Shown here one piece after another: positions 38,876 through 48,988 of a DNA stretch of 64,000 nucleotides. Below the pieces are notes generated by a model. That model had not been told where the DNA came from, ran no database searches, and saw only the letters and a list, made by a program, of their open reading frames with translations. Both the position numbers and the translations under genes were made by a program. Origin of the DNA: Myxococcota bacterium (lineage in GTDB: Bacteria; Myxococcota_A; UBA9042; PHBI01; JAWLBL01); contig JAWLBL010000003.1 of the NCBI GenBank assembly GCA_041687695.1, positions 151,660 to 215,659 of the forward strand, read 5' to 3'. Numbering within the stretch: the stretch's first letter is position 1; each line of letters starts with the position of its first letter.

Positions 38876-41442
38876 GTGTCCTCCGAGGGGATGCAGGCGA
38901 AGCCGTCCGCCTGTCGGCATTCGGCGTCGGTGGCGCAGCTGACGCCGCACACGTCGAGGAAGTCGGCGTCGAGCGAGCAGGCGGTGCCGGCGGGGCATGC
39001 GAGGTCGAAGAGGAGGCAGCCGGCCGTCGCGCAGTAGCCGCCGCTCTCGGGGTACAGGCAGACGTCGCTGCCCTGGCAGTCGGTGTGGAAGTCGCAGGCG
39101 GCCCCGGGCGCGCCGTCGCCCGCGATGCCGCAGTGCGGCCCGACGTCGAAGCCCTTGCACGCGTACCCGTCGCGGCAGTCGGCGTCGCCGTCGCACGGGT
39201 TGACGCAGTAGGTGTCGCGGCAGACGTGGCCGCCGGGGCACTGCGCGTCCTCCATGCAGAAGTCGCTGACGCACGTCCCGGTCGCTGCGTCGCACACCTT
39301 GTACACCGGGCACGACAGCGCCGTGCAGCCGACGGCCGTGGCGGGCTCGACCAACCACTCGAGCAGGTACGACGTCCCGGTGGCGCCGCTGACCCGCACA
39401 TAGTGTGGCCCGGCCTGCCCGGCCTGCGTCGAGAGCAGCGCGCCCGAGGCCGACGGCGCCTTGCTCGCCAGCTGCGTCGTCCCGTCGGGCGCGAAGACGG
39501 CGATCCCGGCGGTGCCGCTCGCGCCGCCCGCCAACGTCACGTCGACCAGCAGCTCGTCGCCCTTGGCCAGCGGGACCACGAACCAGTCCGCGCCGCAGCA
39601 CAGCGCGTAAGGCCCCAGCGTCCCGCCCTCGTCCGACAGCGCCTTGGCCTTGGCCGCCGAGCCGTTGCCCAGCCCGTCGTCCTGGCAGCCGCCGCCGACC
39701 GCCACCTCGAGCGAGTAGATCCCTTCGGCCTGGCCGTGCGGATAGCCGCTGACGATGATCACGTGATCGCCCGCCTCGGGGACGCTGGCCACCGTGAAGG
39801 TCTCGACCTCCTTGTCGGTCGCCGCCTGCGCCAGCGGCGTCCCCGACACCGCCCCGACCGGCCACAGGCCCATGTCCAGATCGCCCGTCCCCGCCGTGTC
39901 CAGCGTGGCCACGACCTTGGCCCCGCACGCCAGCGAGACCGCGAACACGTCCAGGTCGCCCGGGCAGATGGACATGACGTCGCTGGGCCCGGGCAGCGGG
40001 CTCGCCTCGGAGACGTCGTCGTTGGGCTCGAAATCGTCCGCCTCGCAGCTCGCCGTGGTCGTCAGCGACAGCGTCAGCGCATAGCCCATGTGAAAGGACT
40101 CCTGCCCGACGCCGGTGACGACGACGTACAGGGTCTGGGCCGCGGACGGCGTGTGCGACACCACCTCGGCGCCGGTCACCGTCTCGCTGGCCGACAGCGT
40201 CTGCTGCTCGGGGCCCAGCAGATACAGGTCCAGATCGCCCTCGGCCGGGTCGAAGGTCAGCGTGACCTGCAGCTTCTGGCCGGCCGGCGCCTCGACCGCG
40301 TACCAGTCCACGTCGATGGGCACCAGCGCCGTGTCGCACAGGCTGCGCTCGATGGTCCCCGGCGTCAGCGTCGTCGCCTGGCCGGCGTCCTCGTTGGGCT
40401 CGCCGGGGTCGTCCTGGCAGTCCGCCGTCTTCGGCGCCGCCAGGACCGAGATCTTCACGGTCGTGACCGCCTCGAAGACGCCGTCCGTCGCCGAGAACGT
40501 CACCGACCAGACCAGCCCGGCGTCGGCCGCCGCCGGCGCGTAGGTGAACACGTCGCCCGCCAGGCTGCCGCCGGGCGGGGCGCCCCCCTCGATCGCGAAG
40601 GTCAGCGCGTCGCCGTTCGGATCGGTCGCGACCAGCTTCAGCGTCAGCGTCTGCCCGATCTCGACCTTCTGCGGTCCGAGCGCCGCGAACACCGGCGGGG
40701 CCGGCCCGGTCGTGGCGCCGTCGGTGACCACGAAGCGGACCTCGAGCGTGTCGCTCAGCGCCCCGTCGGACACCGTGAAGGTCACCCGCTCGGTCGTGCC
40801 CACGGCGGCGGCGGGCGCGGTCCACGTGAAGCGGCCCTTGGCGGGGTCCAGCGCCGCCCCGGCGGGCAGCGCGCCTTCGTGGCCGAAGGTCAGGCCGTCG
40901 CCGTCGGGGTCGGTCGCCTGCAGCTGCAGCGTGAACGGTTGACCCGCGACGACCGCCTGGTCGCCCACGGGGGCCAGGACGGGCGGGTGCGCCGACTTCT
41001 CGGCCACGACCTCGATGCGCACCGTCTCACGGTCGAAGTCGGTGCCGTCGCTGACGACGAAGGTCAGGAAGACGGGCGGGCCGAGCGCCTCGGGCGTCCA
41101 CTCGAGGCGACGCTCCGGCTTGATGAAGCGGGCGCCGGCCGGGAGCTTGCCGTAGACCGAGAAGGTCAGGGCGTCGCCATCGGGATCGCTCGCCTCGGCG
41201 ACGATGACCAGCGGCTCGCCCAGGGCGACCACGCGATCGCCGATGCGCGCCAGCTCGGGCGGGCGGTTGCCGGCGATGGTGTCTCCGGGCGGGAGATCCG
41301 GCAGCTGGGGCGTGTCCGTCGCGCCGGGCGCGTCGGCGTCGCCAGGCGCAGCGCTCGGGACGTCGCAGCCAGCCGACGCCGTCATGAGGCCCGCGAGGCC
41401 CAGGGCGAGCGCGAGCGCGGCGATGGTCGGGTGACGGAGCAT
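38860..41442 (-). CDS. multidomain lipoprotein: three Ig/cadherin-like repeats, three PPC-like domains, Cys-rich tail
   Basis: lipobox SAGC; A.DPDGD.LTF x3; EPN[ED]D, D.DWY, GDLDLYL; C..D.[DQE]C repeats. Confidence 0.85.
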   Translation of the reverse strand: MLRHPTIAALALALGLAGLMTASAGCDVPSAAPGDADAPGATDTPQLPDLPPGDTIAGNRPPELARIGDRVVALGEPLVIVAEASDPDGDALTFSVYGKLPAGARFIKPERRLEWTPEALGPPVFLTFVVSDGTDFDRETVRIEVVAEKSAHPPVLAPVGDQAVVAGQPFTLQLQATDPDGDGLTFGHEGALPAGAALDPAKGRFTWTAPAAAVGTTERVTFTVSDGALSDTLEVRFVVTDGATTGPAPPVFAALGPQKVEIGQTLTLKLVATDPNGDALTFAIEGGAPPGGSLAGDVFTYAPAAADAGLVWSVTFSATDGVFEAVTTVKISVLAAPKTADCQDDPGEPNEDAGQATTLTPGTIERSLCDTALVPIDVDWYAVEAPAGQKLQVTLTFDPAEGDLDLYLLGPEQQTLSASETVTGAEVVSHTPSAAQTLYVVVTGVGQESFHMGYALTLSLTTTASCEADDFEPNDDVSEASPLPGPSDVMSICPGDLDVFAVSLACGAKVVATLDTAGTGDLDMGLWPVGAVSGTPLAQAATDKEVETFTVASVPEAGDHVIIVSGYPHGQAEGIYSLEVAVGGGCQDDGLGNGSAAKAKALSDEGGTLGPYALCCGADWFVVPLAKGDELLVDVTLAGGASGTAGIAVFAPDGTTQLASKAPSASGALLSTQAGQAGPHYVRVSGATGTSYLLEWLVEPATAVGCTALSCPVYKVCDAATGTCVSDFCMEDAQCPGGHVCRDTYCVNPCDGDADCRDGYACKGFDVGPHCGIAGDGAPGAACDFHTDCQGSDVCLYPESGGYCATAGCLLFDLACPAGTACSLDADFLDVCGVSCATDAECRQADGFACIPSEDTCLPQ

Positions 41443-41486
41443 GCGTCCTTATAGGAGCAAACCCCGAGGCGCGACAAGCCGGGCCG

Positions 41487-42683
41487 TCAGGCCGCGGGCA
41501 GCAGCTCGGCGTGGAGCCTCGCGACCAGCGCCGCGACGTGCTCGGACGGGACCGTGAACGTCAGCGCGAGGGGGCCCAGCCGCACCGGCGCCGGCTCGCC
41601 GCAGACCTCGCGCGCCAGCGCCATGCTGCGCTGCAACACCGCCGGCTCCTCGCCGAGGCCCGTTCCGACGGCGGTGACCGTCCCGCGATCCTGCCGCACC
41701 CGCACGCGGCCGGGCAGCGTCTCCTCGAGGTTCGCGCAGCAACGTCCCAGCCGGTGCGCGTCCTCGAGCGCCACGATCGCCGTGACCGCCCGCCCCGCGC
41801 CGCCGCCTTCGAGCGCCGTCGGGAAGACGCCGTGCGCGGTCATCGCTTCGAGCGCCGCGCCCAGCTCCTCGGACGACGCCAGCTCGATCTCGGCGACCGC
41901 CTTGCGGTGCGACAACGCCGTCACGGGCCGCAGCTCGCGCGAGGGGTTGGTGCGGACGACCGTCCCCGAGTCGTCGCGCGGGCCGAAGGTCGACTTGGCG
42001 AAGATCGCGATGCTCGCCCGCGCGGCGTACTCGACGCAGTCCTGGTTGAGCACCTTGGAGCCCGTCCGGGCCAGGGCCACCATCTCTTCGGGCGACAGCT
42101 CCGTCAGACGTCTGGCGTCGGGGACCAGGCGCGGGTCGGCCGTGTAGACGCCGTCCACGTCGCTACAGATCTCGCAGTGTTCGGCGCCCAGGGCCGCCGC
42201 CATCGCCACGGCCGTCGTGTCGGTGCCGCCGCGGCCGAGCGTCGTGATCTCGCGCGAGTAGCTGACGCCCTGGTAACCCGCCACGATGACGACCTTGCCC
42301 GCGTCGAGCTCGTCGTGGACGCGGAAGGGGCGCACCTCGACGATGCGGGCGCGGTTGTGGCGCGTGTTGGTGATGATGCCCGACTGCGAGCCGGTGAAGG
42401 ACACCGACGGCAGGCCGAGCTCGTCGAGCGCGATGGCGAGCAGGGCGGTCGACACGCGCTCGCCGGTGCTCAGGAGCATGTCGAGCTCGCGCGCGTTCGG
42501 GTTGGGGCTGAGCGCCTTGGCCTGGGCCAGCAGCTGGTCGGTCGTGCCCGCCATCGCGCTGACCACGGCGCAGACCCGGTAGCCGTCGCGGACGGTGTCG
42601 GCGATCCGCTGCGCGACGCGGCGGATGCGATCGAGATCGGCGAGCGAGCTGCCACCGTACTTGTGAACGACGATCGGCTTCAT
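41487..42683 (-). CDS. lysC: aspartate kinase
   Basis: [43 protein letters not shown]. Confidence 0.93.
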   Translation of the reverse strand: MKPIVVHKYGGSSLADLDRIRRVAQRIADTVRDGYRVCAVVSAMAGTTDQLLAQAKALSPNPNARELDMLLSTGERVSTALLAIALDELGLPSVSFTGSQSGIITNTRHNRARIVEVRPFRVHDELDAGKVVIVAGYQGVSYSREITTLGRGGTDTTAVAMAAALGAEHCEICSDVDGVYTADPRLVPDARRLTELSPEEMVALARTGSKVLNQDCVEYAARASIAIFAKSTFGPRDDSGTVVRTNPSRELRPVTALSHRKAVAEIELASSEELGAALEAMTAHGVFPTALEGGGAGRAVTAIVALEDAHRLGRCCANLEETLPGRVRVRQDRGTVTAVGTGLGEEPAVLQRSMALAREVCGEPAPVRLGPLALTFTVPSEHVAALVARLHAELLPAA

Positions 42684-42901
42684 CGAAGGGCTCCGACGGG
42701 GGCCTTGGGCCAGCGGGACGCGCGAGCCTTCGAGCGCGGCGCGGGCGGATCGGCGCCAGTCTAGGGCCACCTGCGGGGGCCGCGCGAGAATGCGGATGCG
42801 AGCGCGCGGGTTCAACCCCGGGCCCCACGGCGCTACGGCTTGCCCTGCGTCGGCGGTTGTGCTTTGAAGGGGGCCCTTCACCCAGCCAGCTCGGGAGAGT
42901 C

Positions 42902-44383
42902 ATGGACTTCGCGCTGCATTCTGCCCCGGTCGCGGGGCTCGAGACCCCGCTCCTAGCGGTCCCTGTCTTCTCCGACGAGGGCGCCCGCGGAGACGCGTTC
43001 GCCGCCGTGGACGCCGCCGCCGGCGGGTTGCCGGGGCGCATCGCCGACGAGGAGCAGTTCAAGGCCGAAGCCGGCAAGACGCTCCTGGTGCACACGGGCG
43101 ACGCCAAGGCCCGGCGCGTCCTGCTCGTCGGCGTCGGCAAGGCCGCCGATCTCCAGGCCCCCGAGCTCCGCGCCGTCGGCGCCGCCGCCGCCCGCGAGGC
43201 CAACGACCGCAAGCTGTCCTCGATCGCCATCGCCCTGCCGGGCGACGTGGACGCCAAGGCCGCCGCGCGCTTCCTCGCCGAGGGCGCGGCCCTGGGCGCC
43301 TACCGCTACGACAAGTGGCGCACCCGCGACGTCGAGACGCCCACCTGCGCCAAGGTGACGCTGGTCTCCGATGGGGTCGGCGCCGACTTCGACGCCATCG
43401 TCGCCCGCGCCCAGGCCACGGCCGATGGCGTCAAGCTCGCGCGGGACCTCGTCAACGGGCCGCCGGTCGAGGTCACCCCCGAGTTCCTCGCCGACACGGC
43501 GCGCGGACTCGCGCAGCGCGACGGCCTCGACATCGAGATCCTGGACAAGGCGGGCATCCAGAAGGCGGGCATGAACCTGCTGCTCGCCGTCAACGCCGGC
43601 AGCGACAAGGAGCCGAGGTTCATCCACTGGACCTACCGGCCCGCCGGCGCGGACGCCTCCACCCCCTCCATCGCCATCGTCGGCAAGGGCCTCACCTTCG
43701 ACGCGGGCGGCTACAACATGAAGCCGACCGGCTCGATGGAGGACATGAAGATGGACATGGCGGGCGGCGCCGCCGTCCTGGGCGTGATGGCGGCGGTCAA
43801 GGCCCTCGCCCCCCGCTACGTCGTCCACGGCATCGTCCCCTCGACCGAGAACCTGGTCAGCGGCTCGGCCTTCAAGCCCGGCGACATCTACAAGTCGCTC
43901 AACGGCAAGACCGTCGAGATCATGAACACCGACGCCGAGGGCCGCCTCATCCTGGCCGACGCCCTGTGCTACGCCGAGCGCCTCGGGGTCGACCGGATCA
44001 TCGATCTCGCGACCCTCACGGGCGCCTGCATGGTCGCCCTCGGGCCGCACACGGCCGGCCTGTTCAGCCCCGACGCGAAGTTCTCCGGGCGCCTCAAGGC
44101 CGCCTCCGAGGCGACGGGCGAGGACCTGTGGCCGATGCCGCTGACGCCCAAGCTCAAGGCGATGCTCAAGTCGCCGACGGCGGACATGAAGAACATCGGC
44201 GAGCGCTGGGGCGGGGCCATCACCGCGGCCCTGTTCCTGCAGGAGTTCGTCGGCGACCGGACCTGGGCGCACCTGGACATCGCCGGCCCGGCCTTCGCCG
44301 ACAAGACCGACGCGCACATCAGCAAGGGCGGCACCGGCTTCGGCGTCATGACCCTGCTCGAGCTGCTCGCGGGCGAGGTGTAG
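42902..44383 (+). CDS. pepA: leucyl aminopeptidase (M17)
   Basis: [42 protein letters not shown]. Confidence 0.96.
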   Translation: MDFALHSAPVAGLETPLLAVPVFSDEGARGDAFAAVDAAAGGLPGRIADEEQFKAEAGKTLLVHTGDAKARRVLLVGVGKAADLQAPELRAVGAAAAREANDRKLSSIAIALPGDVDAKAAARFLAEGAALGAYRYDKWRTRDVETPTCAKVTLVSDGVGADFDAIVARAQATADGVKLARDLVNGPPVEVTPEFLADTARGLAQRDGLDIEILDKAGIQKAGMNLLLAVNAGSDKEPRFIHWTYRPAGADASTPSIAIVGKGLTFDAGGYNMKPTGSMEDMKMDMAGGAAVLGVMAAVKALAPRYVVHGIVPSTENLVSGSAFKPGDIYKSLNGKTVEIMNTDAEGRLILADALCYAERLGVDRIIDLATLTGACMVALGPHTAGLFSPDAKFSGRLKAASEATGEDLWPMPLTPKLKAMLKSPTADMKNIGERWGGAITAALFLQEFVGDRTWAHLDIAGPAFADKTDAHISKGGTGFGVMTLLELLAGEV

Positions 44384-44385
44384 CC

Positions 44386-45063
44386 GTGGCCGGCAGCGTC
44401 AACAAGGTCATCATCGTCGGCAACCTGGGCGCCGACCCCGAGGTGCGCACCACGGCCTCGGGGCAGTCGGTCGCAACTCTGTCCATCGCCACGAGCGAGA
44501 ACTACTCGGATCGCGACGGCAACCGCCAGGAGCGCACCGAGTGGCACCGCGTGGTGCTGTGGGGCAAGCTCGCCGAGCTCGCGCAGCGCTACCTGGCCAA
44601 GGGCCGCAAGGTCTTCATCGAGGGCCGGCTGCAGACCCGCTCGTGGGACGACCCGCAGTCCGGTCAGAAGAAGTACTCGACCGAAATAGTGGCGCGCGAG
44701 ATGGTCTTCCTCGACAGCGGCGGCGCGGGTCAGGGCGCCGGGGCGCAGGGCGGCTACGGCGGCGGCGGCGGCTACGGCGGCGACCGTGGCGCGCCGGCCC
44801 AGCGCAGCGGCGGCTACGGCGGATCCGGCGGCGGCGCTGGCGGCTACGGCGGCGGCGCTGGCGGCGGCGGTGCTGGCGGCGGCGGTGGCGGCTATGGCGG
44901 CGGCGGCAGCTACGGCGGCGGCGCAGGCGGACGTCAGGGTGGCTATGGTGGCGGTGGCGGCTCGGATCGTCCGGCGCCGCGCGGTCCGGCCCCGGCCCCC
45001 GCCCCCGAGCCCCCGCCCCCCGAAGATCCCGGCTACTTCAACGACGACGACATCCCGTTCTGA
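44386..45063 (+). CDS. ssb: single-stranded DNA-binding protein with long Gly-rich linker
   Basis: [32 protein letters not shown]-terminal DDDIPF. Confidence 0.96.
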   Translation: MAGSVNKVIIVGNLGADPEVRTTASGQSVATLSIATSENYSDRDGNRQERTEWHRVVLWGKLAELAQRYLAKGRKVFIEGRLQTRSWDDPQSGQKKYSTEIVAREMVFLDSGGAGQGAGAQGGYGGGGGYGGDRGAPAQRSGGYGGSGGGAGGYGGGAGGGGAGGGGGGYGGGGSYGGGAGGRQGGYGGGGGSDRPAPRGPAPAPAPEPPPPEDPGYFNDDDIPF

Positions 45064-45121
45064 GCGAGCGGGTCTCGCGGCCTCGTCACGAGGGCTGCTC
45101 ACCGCACGGCCCAAACAGACC

Positions 45122-45158
45122 AAGGGCCGGCCAGGTCTCAGCGACCCGGTCGGCCCTT
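45122..45158. terminator. hairpin between convergent ssb and hflX
   Basis: AAGGGCCGGCCAGGTC / GACCCGGTCGGCCCTT imperfect stem. Confidence 0.55.
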
Positions 45159-45207
45159 CGTCGTTTCGAACCCACGCTCCGAGCGGCCGGCGCGCACGTC
45201 GGCTCGC

Positions 45208-47031
45208 TCAATTGACCCAGCTGGGCTCCGCGGGGCCCTCGCCGCGCGCCGGCCGTTCGTCGTAGGTCCGCGCCGGCTCGTCGTCCGCGGCCCACGCCGG
45301 GTCCTCGTCGGTGGCGGCCTCAGGCTCGGGCACCACCACGGGCGCCGCGGGGCCCAGCGGATCCCAAGGCAGCGGCCCCAGCGCGTGGCTGTCGCTGACC
45401 GCGCGCAGCGCCTCGATGAGCTGCGAGGTCAGCGGGCCCAGCGTGGACTTGTCGAGCGCGCTCAGCGGCACGGCCTCGTGCACGCGACACAGCGTGGCGA
45501 GCAGCGCCCGGTCGCCGACCGCGTCGGTCTTGTTGAACGCCAGGATGCGCGGCTTTTCGTGCACGCCGAGGTCCCGCAGGATGCGATCGACCGCGTGGAT
45601 GCGGTCCTCCCAGCCGGGCGACGCCACGTCGACCACGTGCACCAGCACGTCCGCGTCGTGCAGCTCCTCGAGGGTGGCCTTGAAGGCGGCCACGAGATCC
45701 TCGGGGAGCGCCCGGATGAAGCCCACCGTGTCGGTCAGGACCAGCTCGCGCTCGTCGGGGAACCGCAGCCGGCGCGTGGTCGGGTCGAGGGTCGCGAACA
45801 GCTTGTTCTCGGCCACCACGTCGGCGCCGGTGAGCGTGTTGAGCAGCGTCGACTTGCCGGCGTTGGTGTAGCCGACGATGGCCGCGACCGGGACCTGCTG
45901 GGTCTCGCGCCGCCGGCGCCGTTGCTGGCGCTGTGCGGCCAGCTGATCGATCTGCCGCTGCAGGTGCGTGATGCGGTCCTTGGCGCGGCGGCGGTCGATC
46001 TCGAGCTTCGTCTCGCCCGGCCCGCGGCCGCCGATGCCGCCGGTCAGGCGGCTCATGGCGCTGTTCTTGCCCGCCAGGCGCGGCAACGTGTACTTGAGTT
46101 GCGCCAGCTCGACCTGCAGCTTGCCGTCGCGCGTGCAGGCGCGCTGGGCGAAGATGTCCAGGATCAGCTGGGTCCGGTCGATGACGCGCGCCTCGGTGAC
46201 GTCGGCGATGCTGCGCACCTGCGAGGGCGACAGATCGCGGTCGAAGATGATGAGGTCGACGCCCTGCTGCATCGCGGCGAGGACCAGCTCGTCGAGCTTG
46301 CCGCGTCCGATGAGGAAGCGCGGGTCCAGCTCACGCCGGCGCTGGATGACCGTCTCGACGATCTCGACGCCGGCCGTCGCCGCAAGCTCGGTCAGCTCGC
46401 CGAGGCTCTGCTCGACGTCGGGCTCGGTCGCGGCGCCCGTCGTGACGTGCACGGCGATGGCGCGGGTCGCGTGGACACCGGCCCGCAGGACGGCGCCCTG
46501 CGCGGCGAAGCGCTCCTCGAGCTCGTCCATGAGCTTGAGGAAGTGCAGCTCGAGATCGTGGATCGGCTCGGGCCGCAGCACCTCCCACGGCACGTCGGAC
46601 GGTCCGGGCGGGATGCAGTGGGCCAGCTCGAGCGTCGTCGCGCGCCCGTCGTCGTCGACCTGCAGCACGCCGATGAGGTCGAGCTGCAGCAGGGTGAGGT
46701 CCGTCAGGTCGTCGCGCGTCAGCGGCTCGCCGCCGAGGTGCGTGTGGATGAGCCGGACGCCGCGGAAGCGCCCCTGGCCGGCGCGGTGGCGGCCGAGGTC
46801 GGGGAGGAACAGCTTGTGGCCGTCTCCGACGATGACGTGCTGGACGCGCCCGCGTCGATCGACGAGCACGCCGACCTGACGCCGGATCTCGCGCGAGATG
46901 GCGCCCATGAACTGGGCGAGCTCGGCCGTGATGACCTGGGCGGGCGGCACGCTGCGGCGGAAGATGCGCTCGAGCGCGTGCTTCTGGTGCGGCTTGAGAC
47001 CGGTGACGTTCCCTGTGACGTTGCTGGCTAT
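45208..47031 (-). CDS. hflX: GTPase HflX, long form, probable non-canonical ATA start
   Basis: GNVTGLKP N-terminus, RLIHTH, DRTQLILDIFAQRA, GIGGRGPGETKLE, GYTNAGKST, LFATLD, DTVGFI, NKTD. Confidence 0.93.
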   Translation of the reverse strand: MASNVTGNVTGLKPHQKHALERIFRRSVPPAQVITAELAQFMGAISREIRRQVGVLVDRRGRVQHVIVGDGHKLFLPDLGRHRAGQGRFRGVRLIHTHLGGEPLTRDDLTDLTLLQLDLIGVLQVDDDGRATTLELAHCIPPGPSDVPWEVLRPEPIHDLELHFLKLMDELEERFAAQGAVLRAGVHATRAIAVHVTTGAATEPDVEQSLGELTELAATAGVEIVETVIQRRRELDPRFLIGRGKLDELVLAAMQQGVDLIIFDRDLSPSQVRSIADVTEARVIDRTQLILDIFAQRACTRDGKLQVELAQLKYTLPRLAGKNSAMSRLTGGIGGRGPGETKLEIDRRRAKDRITHLQRQIDQLAAQRQQRRRRRETQQVPVAAIVGYTNAGKSTLLNTLTGADVVAENKLFATLDPTTRRLRFPDERELVLTDTVGFIRALPEDLVAAFKATLEELHDADVLVHVVDVASPGWEDRIHAVDRILRDLGVHEKPRILAFNKTDAVGDRALLATLCRVHEAVPLSALDKSTLGPLTSQLIEALRAVSDSHALGPLPWDPLGPAAPVVVPEPEAATDEDPAWAADDEPARTYDERPARGEGPAEPSWVN

Positions 47032-47171
47032 GGCTCGACTCCTGTGGCCGCCGAGGGCGAAGCGCGATCTGCGACGCGCCCCGCGGCGGAGCGCCCTGGA
47101 AGTGGCGGACGTCCCAGCATAGTCACCGATTCCCGGGCTGGAAGGCCTTCGCGCAGCGCCGCGGCCCGCAT

Positions 47172-48680
47172 CTATTGAAAGGCCTTGTGGATCTCGCGCC
47201 GGATCGGCAGGGGAGGGCGGGTGCGGCGTGCTTCGCGGAGCACCGCGAGGGCCTCGAAGCGCTGCCCCTCGCGCAGCAGGTAGCTGCCCAGCTTGAACAG
47301 GATCTCGGGGTCGCCCGGGGATCGCCGCAGCCCCTCGCGCAGGTACGCGATGGCGTTGCGGTGGCGCAGCTGCAGCGCGTTCAGCTCGCTGAGGAACACC
47401 AGCGTGTCGCGATACCCGGGGCTCCCCTCCCAGACGCGCTTGAAGAAGGCCAGCGCGTCGTCGTACCGGCGCAGCAGCACGTAGGTGCGCCCCAACAGAT
47501 AGTGGGTCTCGAGATCGTCCGGGTACAGGTACTCGTTCTCGGTCAGCACCTTCTCGGCCTTGTCGGGCTGATAGTTCTCGATGTAGGCCTTGGCCAGCGC
47601 TCGCCGAGTCTCGATGTTGCGTCGGTCGGCCTCGAGCAGCCCGGTCAGCGTCTCGATGATCTCCTGGGGCAGCTTGCCGCGCGTGCTCAGATAGGCCTCG
47701 CGCTGTGTCGGCTCCGGGTAGTGTCGCTCGGCCTTGTCGAAGAACCCGATCAGCGCGCGCACGTCGGGTTGGTGTCCCCACGCGGCCAGGGACTGCTGCA
47801 GGGTCGCCAGAGCCTCTCCGAGCCGGCCCTGCCGCGCGAGGATGTCGGCCAGCAGGTTGAGGGCCAACGGGAACGCCGCGTTGTGCGCCAGCGCCTGCCG
47901 CGCCTCGGCGGCGGCCTGATCCACGTCGCCCAGCCGCTCGTGCAGGACGGCGGCGAGCCAGTGCAGCTGGGCATGGAAGTAGTGGTTGCCGTGGATGAAG
48001 GCGAGGCGCCCGGCGCGCTCGTCCTCGGGCGCGGCCGCCATCGCCCGTGAGACCAGCGCCAGGGCCTCCTGGTACTCGGCCTGCCCGAGCCGCTGGTAGG
48101 CCTGCTGCGCGAAGCGCTCGGCGCGCGACCGGTGCTCGCCCCAGGTGTTCGGATTGGCCGAGAGGTAGTGGTGGCCCCCCGCCTCGGGATCGCCCTCGGG
48201 GGCCCCCACGCGGTGCTCGACGACCCGCCAGCCGTCGTCGAACTGCCTGACGGTCATGGTCACGCGGCTCCAGCCCGCCGAGAGCGTCCCGTTGTGGAAC
48301 AGGTCCTCGTGCCACTTCAGAAAGGACACCGACACGGTCCGGCGACCGCCGTCGGTCCCTGTGATGGCCGGCTCGACCAGGCGCAGCCGCGTGCTCGCGA
48401 GGAGGTCGAAGCGCGGCGAGTCGAGGAGCTCCACGAACAGCGGCGACCCCTCGGGCGCCAGCCCCAGGATCTCGAAGGGGTTCCGGCTCTCCCACGCCGC
48501 CTGATAGCCCGACAGCAGGCGCTCCATGGCCCGCTGCTGGTCGGCCGCCACGTCGCCCTGAGCCCGCCCGGGCCCCGCGACGACGGCGACCAGGGCCGAC
48601 GCCAAGGCCGCCAGCGCGGCGAGCAGGGACGCCATGCGGAGGGTCCGGCTGGGCCCATCGAATCGCAGGGTGCGCGGCAT
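47172..48680 (-). CDS. exported tetratricopeptide-repeat protein with N-terminal NTF2/SnoaL-like domain
   Basis: signal peptide; Y..AWE...DGWRVVEH segment; multiple TPR-like helix pairs. Confidence 0.8.
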   Translation of the reverse strand: MPRTLRFDGPSRTLRMASLLAALAALASALVAVVAGPGRAQGDVAADQQRAMERLLSGYQAAWESRNPFEILGLAPEGSPLFVELLDSPRFDLLASTRLRLVEPAITGTDGGRRTVSVSFLKWHEDLFHNGTLSAGWSRVTMTVRQFDDGWRVVEHRVGAPEGDPEAGGHHYLSANPNTWGEHRSRAERFAQQAYQRLGQAEYQEALALVSRAMAAAPEDERAGRLAFIHGNHYFHAQLHWLAAVLHERLGDVDQAAAEARQALAHNAAFPLALNLLADILARQGRLGEALATLQQSLAAWGHQPDVRALIGFFDKAERHYPEPTQREAYLSTRGKLPQEIIETLTGLLEADRRNIETRRALAKAYIENYQPDKAEKVLTENEYLYPDDLETHYLLGRTYVLLRRYDDALAFFKRVWEGSPGYRDTLVFLSELNALQLRHRNAIAYLREGLRRSPGDPEILFKLGSYLLREGQRFEALAVLREARRTRPPLPIRREIHKAFQ

Positions 48681-48901
48681 CACCACCCCACCCTAGGGGG
48701 CCCTCTGGCCCGCGACAAGCGACCGGGCCTTGGCGACGCGCCTCGGTTCCTTCTCCAGAACCGCGCCCCGAACGCGTGTGATTACAGGCGCTTGGGTGGC
48801 CCGCAACGGCCTTGTGTCGAGCCCGTGATTCACGGATGATGTCTCGCCTGACGGCGGTCATCCGTACGCGCGTGATAACGCGCCGGCGCCGACGTCGCGC
48901 C

Positions 48902-48929
48902 TTGACACCCCCAGAGGGCGGCCTATAAA
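48902..48929 (+). promoter_or_regulatory. near-consensus sigma70 promoter TTGACA-16-TATAAA
   Basis: TTGACA 48902-48907, TATAAA 48924-48929, 60 nt upstream of the ORF at 48989. Confidence 0.75.
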
Positions 48930-48988
48930 GCCTCTCCCTCTTACGGCCGACGCCCCGCGCATCGTCGGCCACAACAGGTGGACTGACC

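Noticed and set aside
44715..44960. GGC-rich repeat in ssb
   Set aside because: Encodes the ordinary Gly-rich SSB linker
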